64,000 nucleotides of DNA from Chara braunii. Its lineage: Eukaryota; Plantae; Charophyceae. Position numbers and translations under genes: made by a program. The stretch covers positions 3,046,188 through 3,110,187 of the forward strand of contig BFEA01000015.1 of NCBI GenBank assembly GCA_003427395.1, written 5' to 3'. Below are positions 57,084 to 64,000 of this stretch, in pieces. The stretch's first letter is position 1, and the number at the start of each line of letters is the position of its first letter. The notes below the pieces were generated by a model that saw only the letters and a program-made list of their open reading frames with translations, was not told where the DNA came from and made no database searches.

Positions 57084-59959
57084 ATTGTTTAAGTGGACCA
57101 TCCACTTGTTTACAAAAGATTTTAATTTCACAATTACTAAGTCACTGGTTACTCAACTGGAATGGTCTTGCACTCCGACTTCATGGGAGATGGGGGGAAC
57201 ATGAGACGACGCCAGGTCCCGAGATCAACCGGGTTCATCCAAATCGTTAACCAAGACAGTAAGTTGCTTAAAAAAAAAAAAGCATGGACCAGATTACCAG
57301 CAGATCCGGTCCCAGGATAAACACGTTGGACCGGTCCATTGGAATTTGGAACCTTCTGGAAGAAAGTTCGTACCAGCTGTACCACGGCTCAGAAACAGCG
57401 CTGGACCGCTGGACCAGGTTAACAAAAAATATTTTAACAACAAATCGGACCTGAAAACCCCAAAAGGCGCAAGGGAACGGATTACGAGCTTCCCCCCACT
57501 CACAAAAGAAGAAGAAAAGAAAGAGGAAAGAAGAAGAATTATGTGCCCATGGCAGACTTGTGGACGGTATTCGTCACCACCCGGTTCAACTCTGCGGCCT
57601 GCAGAACGAATGTGGACAGCTTTTTTCCACCAAAAGTGCCTTTACAATGGAGACATTGTGCTGCTTGCAACGACATAGACTCACACTACCTTACCGTACG
57701 GCTTTTTCCACTGGCGTTAGAGGGGACACCACACCACCCTCCTAGGGAAGACCTTTTTTTTCTTCTCTTTTTTTTTTTTTTTTTTTTTTTTTGCTTTAAT
57801 GAGTATGTCCTAGGAAGAATTCCATTCTCAGACTTGCACTCACAAACTGAGACTGTACTGGAAAGTTGGAAACTTACCAAAACCAGCATCACTGCTATCG
57901 AGATAAGGTAGCCTGTAAACATCCGCGTCTTCAATGTCCAACACATACCTGGCGTCAAACCATTCATGAGTCGAGAACACACAAACAACAGATTATTGTT
58001 ATGTTCTCATCGTGGCCCGGGACCACTTGCCCGGCCAGGCCAAAAATGAATTAAAAATTAAAAAATAAAAACATTCTCCAAATGCATGTCGAGTGCTGTG
58101 TAGTGGAGCGAGGCCCTCGTTCTGCATTGTGATTGCTTTAACTTTGAGTGGATATTCCTGTTGTTGCCGATTCTCACGATTGCCGGTGCCGGGTTCATTA
58201 CAATTTGGTATAGCATAGTTCTTTTTTACTAATTATCATTATCAGTAGCTACATCAGCAGTCATCGTTCATCATCATAATCATTAGCATCATCAGTTGAG
58301 GGACGCTGAGCCCGGTTCTCAGCAAGTCAGATTCGATCACTCCGGGCAGACTGTGAGGACCCCGGCCTCAATCTGTTTATTGGTAAAAAAATAAATAAAT
58401 AAATAAAAAATAAAAATAAAAATAAAACAATTTGGTATCAGCGGAGATAACTCTTACCTCGCCAGCTCATGAATGTTGGAGTAGAAGTCCACCGTGAAGA
58501 AGAAGTGCGGCATTGGTGATTGCGGCTGAAATACCTACTTCTTGGAGAGAATAGTCGGTGGCAATCGACTGGGGTGCCATGTGTGATCTGATAGGGATTT
58601 GTTGGTTAGAATGAGTCGTGATCTTCTATTCTGTCGTGCTTGGAATTTACGTTTCAAATCTTCTTATTTTGATGATCTGTAGGTACTGGGTCGGTAATGG
58701 TTTGTAGACTGGTAATTCTTGAGTTGTGATTTTCTCCTGGATGGTTACTCTGAAATTCTGAATTCCTATGATCGTAAAATAGAAATATGTTCGACATATG
58801 ATGGATCTTATATATGCTTCGCTGAAAAAACCTGTAGGAGTCCTTAGCATAACGTGATTCCCGTAATGGAATATCTGATGTCTGTTCTTATAATCAGCCA
58901 AAACAACTTCAGAATTATTTTGTCCTTAATACACACTTGAACGCCATCTCTGAAATAATTACGTCATAATTTATTAATTTGAATAATTTCTTTTCTTAAA
59001 TATGTGCTCCTGAAATATGACCTGATTTTTACTTCGCAAGTTCTAATATTCGAACCCGAAATTTGAATCAACAAATTGGTAAATTTCTTGACGATTGCCT
59101 TGGTATCATTTTTTATTTTTTTTATTTTTTTTTAACAGGACCTTATGGCCCTGGCTCCATTTCCATTCTGGGGAGCATCGGTCCAGTTCCTATTCCACCG
59201 GCAAGTCAGGAAAAGTAATTACATCACAGGACACTCTCATGCTTCCTTCCGTCTTCCCGTGCAGACACAGCCTTATTGACTGGATGTTTTTTATGGACTA
59301 AGATGGTAAGGTGTGAATTACCAAATTCGTAAGGTAGAATCAGTTTCGATCTTAAACAGTGATTCCCTCCTAAGTAATTGGTCTCTGTTGTGGGTCTGGG
59401 GTCATAGGTGTCGAATGGAATATCTCCTTTAGGGTTGGAGCTCCTCCTTGTGGTGGGCGGTGTGATCTTTGAGAGGGTAGGGGTGGTACAGAGGGTTTGT
59501 CCTTTTCTGGGCCACGCTGATCCTTGGGTCGGATCAGCTATGGCGATTGGGGAGAGAGGACAAGGGGTGCTGATGTCAGCAAGGTGAGAGTCGAGGGGGC
59601 TGTTCCGCTTGGAGGGGGTGGGGCAGGAGGGAAGGGGGATCTTCGGCTCTGCGGGGGCATACTTTAGGGGGTACTGTATGTGTCTGAGGGAGCAGGAGTG
59701 CTATTTTGGGGGCTGTTCTGAACTGGGGCGGGGAGGTGAGGGGGCACCTTCCCGCGGAGGCAGTAAACAGACAGGGGGTTGTCCTTTTGAGGAGAGGAAT
59801 AAACCCTTTGGTTCTTGTGGCCCCTCTATATGTAACTGAGACTTCAATAGGCGCTGGAGTTTCCACGGGGAGAGAGGGTAGTCTTTCCCCCTCTTTCCCT
59901 TTTCCTGTGGAAATGGTGGGCGTTGAATGTTCATCTGAGTCTTCTGAATCTTTTGAATT

Positions 59960-60495
59960 CTTGCTTTTCCTAATTGGAAATTCTTCAATGGTTTGGTGCT
60001 GGAAGCAGGGGGTTGTGGTGGTTGTGATGGTGGGAGACGACGCGCCCTGCGGCGAAGGGCCTAGCCTGTAGGGTTGAAATAGGGTACATCAGCTGTGGAG
60101 ATGGTGGCTTCATCGCCGTAAGACTTGCCGGAGGAGGGCTGAGAGGGATTTTTGTGGGATATCTGCAACTAATGCCTGACCCGAGGCTTGGGGTTGTTTT
60201 CTTGTGTAGATTGCACAGTTGTCATTCTTAGCCTAAGCCGGGTAATGGCCCCGGTATTCGAAGATTTTTCCAAATTCCATAAATTCCTCAAAAAAGAAGA
60301 AAATTCTTCTAAGGCTTGGTGCTGGTGGCAGGGGGTTGTGGTGGCTGTGATGGTGGGACTCTGCGGCGAAGGGGCTAGCCTGCAAAGTTGAAATAGGGTA
60401 TAGCAGCGGTGGAGATGGTGGCTCCATTGCGGTAAGAGACTTGCCGGAGTAGGGCTGAGAAGTTTTTTTTGTGGGATATCTGCAACTAGTGCCTG
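59960..60495. repeat. ~320-bp diverged direct duplication within a probable decayed retroelement
   Basis: TTGGTGCTGG..GCAGGGGGTTGTGGTGG.TGTGATGGTGGGA ... GTGGGATATCTGCAACTA.TGCCTGA at 59993-60179 and 60317-60496. Confidence 0.75.
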
Positions 60496-61287
60496 AAGGA
60501 TGGATGATCGGATCTACAGCTATGGCGCTGATTGGTGGCTTGACTGGTATCTGCCGTAGTCCTTAGTCCCGGGGGTTTGCGAATAGACAAGGCCAGAACG
60601 GCGCTGGTCGGTGCTGGGGCTTGGTCGCGCTGCCCTGTAACTCGAGCTGTACGAGGGCATGACACCTGGTAGAGATATCTGGGGAGTGGTCGAGGTGGAA
60701 GGCATTCTAGTGTCTTTTGGTGAGCTGGTGCCTAGTCGACGCTGGCCGGAGCCGGGGCGATCGCGTTGCCCTGTGGCCTGGCAGGTGGGGGGTTTCTGGG
60801 GTGGGTTGTGCCACTCTGTAATCTAGCAGTTGGGGGCGTGAGGCTTTGTAGAGATTGGGCATCGGGGTATAGCGGTGAGGCAGGTAGGGTTGGGCCGCTG
60901 AAAGGCACCAAGGCAGGTAGTTTTTTGGGTCTGAATTCTCCTTTGAGCCAAGGCTCGAAAAACAAAAGGGCCCTCTGAATTTAGTACTGCATAGATGTCT
61001 GTTTTCTTCCATTAGGCCCTTCAAGGCTGTTTCATTAGTACTTGGTGCAAGTTGTTCTCAGAATTTTCTCAGCCAAAGCCGGGTAATGGCCCTGGTGCTT
61101 TAATACTTGTGTATTTTATATGGGACGCTGGGCCCGGTTCCCAGCATGTGCTGCTCCCATGAATAGATTGGAGCATTTTGTTCCCTCCCCCTCTTCCCCC
61201 CCCCAACCCACCCACCCAAAAAAAAAAAGGGGTGCCATGTGTGAAGAAGGTGGGGAGGATTGGCTGGTTGGGGAGGAGATTACTCAC

Positions 61288-61349
<62 letters not shown>

Positions 61350-62314
61350 CTCTCTGGTTTGCCCCTTACAGACCTGCTGCTCCCTTCGACAAACCGTTCT
61401 GGTAGGACCGCATTCTGAGAAGCAAATTCACCAATGAAAGGTAGCCTGCATCATGAATTTTTCACAAACAACCATGCAATATTATAATCCACCCATTTGT
61501 CAAACACATCCTGTCCAATCAAATGAAATTCAAACTTTTGTGTACTTCATATTACGAGTCACAATATGCTGCTATCAACAAGAGGATAATCTTGTTTCAC
61601 CACACCAGCTGGCCTGCAGCAATACTAGCACTATCAAAGGAACACCAAACAACAAACATCATTGGTGCTGCCTCCCATACAAGGTACAAACATAAACTCT
61701 TGTATGGGGAGAGACCTCTTGCTCTGTAGTCGTTAACTCATCCTCAGAGGAAAACATAAACTTCCATTTCAACAATATACATGGATCCGGCTCCTTGTCC
61801 ATTCTGAGGAGCATTTGAAAAAAACAAAAAAGAAGAAGAAGAAGAAGAAGAATTTTAAAAACCAATATCCATGGGGTTGCTGCCAAGTCCGAAAGACACT
61901 CTACTTTGAAAAAGGTTCTTCAAATACTTTTCTAACTCTTAACTTATCAAGTACTGCAAGGAAAATGAGAGATAGCGAAATGACAGGATTCCAGAGCGCA
62001 AAATACATTGAAAGCCAGCAAGTCCAATGCTGTCCAGCAGAGAGAAGAAATGCACTGACATTCCACCAATGGAGAACCAAAGCACTGAATCCGAATGCCA
62101 ATGAGAGCATACTCTCGCCACCACCAACATATGTGTCCAGAGTCCTTCCTCCTACTTAAGCTCAGCGCCCAGACTACGATCACACAGCTACTAGCAGCCT
62201 ACGAATTGACAGTGGATCCTGTTGACGTCAGCGGCAACAACCGAAGTACATGACGATGTCGACCTTGTAGACCATTGCCAAGACCAGGTGCGCGCCCTCA
62301 CATCATCAACCTCA

Positions 62315-62390
<76 letters not shown>

Positions 62391-63051
62391 TCTTCTTCAT
62401 CACCCACGTCTTCTCCCTCTTACACGAAGACCACCGCCACCTCCCGCTCTGACTGTCCAGCCCAAGTCCGGCTATGTCGGCTGGGCTATGGCGCTGCTGC
62501 GCTGCCCTCAGCAGCGCCTTTTTTTCCTTCCTCGACACCCACACTAGCACGGCATCGGCTACCGCACAGCAAGTAGCCCGCGAGCGCATGCTCCAGCAGC
62601 GCTGCCGCTTGCACAAGCCAGTGCCCGAATGCCTCTCCCCCGGCCAGGCACTTTGCTATTTGCAAAGTGGCCTGGCTGGTTGGCTGCCTGGCCTGCCTCT
62701 TGTGTGCCTCGTAGCTTCAGGTTGGGGCAAAGTGTCTGCGCCCAGGCCCGTTCAGACAGCGGCCTGGGACCGAATTGAAATGGTTAGGCATGCCCAACCA
62801 CCCAGGCACAAACGTGCGGTGTTCCCTGCTTCGACCACATTGCTGGAAGAGCCTGGAAGGCTCACGCATATTTCCGATTCTCACAAGCGAAGCGGATGTG
62901 ACCAACTGGCGCGTGGCAACTGTCTGGCACACACCAAGATTTGACAAAAATTGACGAACTCAGGGGCACATTGAGATTCAGGGGGGCGCCTTCACTTAGG
63001 GCGGGCACGCGCCTGCTGCAGGGCCTTATGCCGAGGGGTAAACCCGTGCAG

Positions 63052-63203
63052 TGCTATTAACTACCTTAACCTACTATTAACTTAGTATTAAGTAGTATTA
63101 AGTAGTATTAAGTAGTATTAAGTAGTATTAACTTTTAAGTAGTATTAACTTTTAAGTAGTATTAACTTTTAAGTAGTATTAAGTAGTATTAATTTACTAT
63201 TAA
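63052..63203. repeat. (TTAAGTAGTA)n AT-rich minisatellite
   Basis: Directly visible. Confidence 0.9.
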
Positions 63204-64000
63204 GCTTTTCTCGAGGAATTTGCCAGAGAAGTTGAGAGAACAAGAAAATAAGTTTAAGGAACGCATCTAACAAAATAAATTGAAATTGTCAATAACTATC
63301 CACGCCACTGGGAAAAGCAGAGAGAAAGAAAAAAGGAGGCCAAAAAGGGCACACGTGGTTAACGGGGACCCCCAGTTTCAGCTCCAAAAAGGGAGGAAGC
63401 AGCAGCTGCTTAGTACTCACCTTAGCTGCTGAAGAGGAGCCGGAAGCGAGGCAGAGGGGGTCAGAGGGGTGTTGAGGATTGCCAGTTTCACAATTCTGTT
63501 TGGATTTTTGAGAGCCCAAGTCAATGCATATTGACCTAAGACATAACCCTGTCACAAGGAGACAGCACCACCAAAATGTCAACAAACCACACCACATTTT
63601 TTAGAAAAAGTTGAAAATTTTTCAAAGCCCCTTCGAACACACTTGAACACAGAATAACTCTGTTGGAGCCACACACGTACACACAACGGAAGACTTAGAT
63701 ACCAGTGATCCGAACAATCAATGTTGCAATGCCGCCCTGAACATACATCATCATCATCGTTACATGGTGTGAAATGGCCCTGGCGCTTCACACAGGAAGA
63801 CTGCACCAGCCCATACCATACACAGACGAAGAGGAAGGGGATAAACGACGAGGAGGGGGAAGATGGGAATGTCGTCAACACCAAGTCTTCGGCACAAGCC
63901 CAAATAGTCCCTCGTCGAAATGTCTGAATCCCAAATGTCAAGTCTGGATCCAATGTCGTCAAGTCTCAAGTCACAACTCTGTCTCTCTCTGTTGTAGTCT

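Noticed and set aside
62165-62620. Possible two-exon gene fragment with a GTGCGC...CCAG intron around (CT)n, plus GC-rich ORFs to 62944 and ORF 63579-63962
   Set aside because: Spliced frames hit stops and I recognise no protein family; not supportable as CDS.

Overview
Eukaryotic nuclear DNA from a repeat-rich draft assembly with N-gaps, microsatellites and leftover Nextera mate-pair adapters. The plant-type U6 sequence, plant-type Raf-like kinase and plant-type cob fragment point to a streptophyte, possibly a charophyte alga (inference). One host gene is supportable: a 4-exon, + strand HT1/STY-type Raf-like kinase (25-753, 26461-26793, 31956-32090, 35053-35280; about 474 aa). Its first intron is 25.7 kb and its catalytic motifs are degenerate (HRD>HRA, DFG>EFG), so it is a probable pseudokinase. 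The rest is mobile DNA: several MITE families, tRNA-derived SINEs, L1-type RT remnants, satellites and a mitochondrial cob insertion. Three signals stand out. (1) Eight U6 snRNA-derived units occur in 64 kb, some with poly(A)/(TAA)n tails and target-site duplications, with recurrent lesions in or next to the ACAGAGA box; this is a candidate U6-derived SINE family. (2) A dispersed ~130-150 nt repeat is headed by a type III hammerhead ribozyme; two copies are structurally intact and two sit inside a TIR element. (3) MITEs with different interiors but one shared TIR are repeatedly joined end-to-end through the palindrome ACTGGTGGTT-TA-AACCACCAGT.
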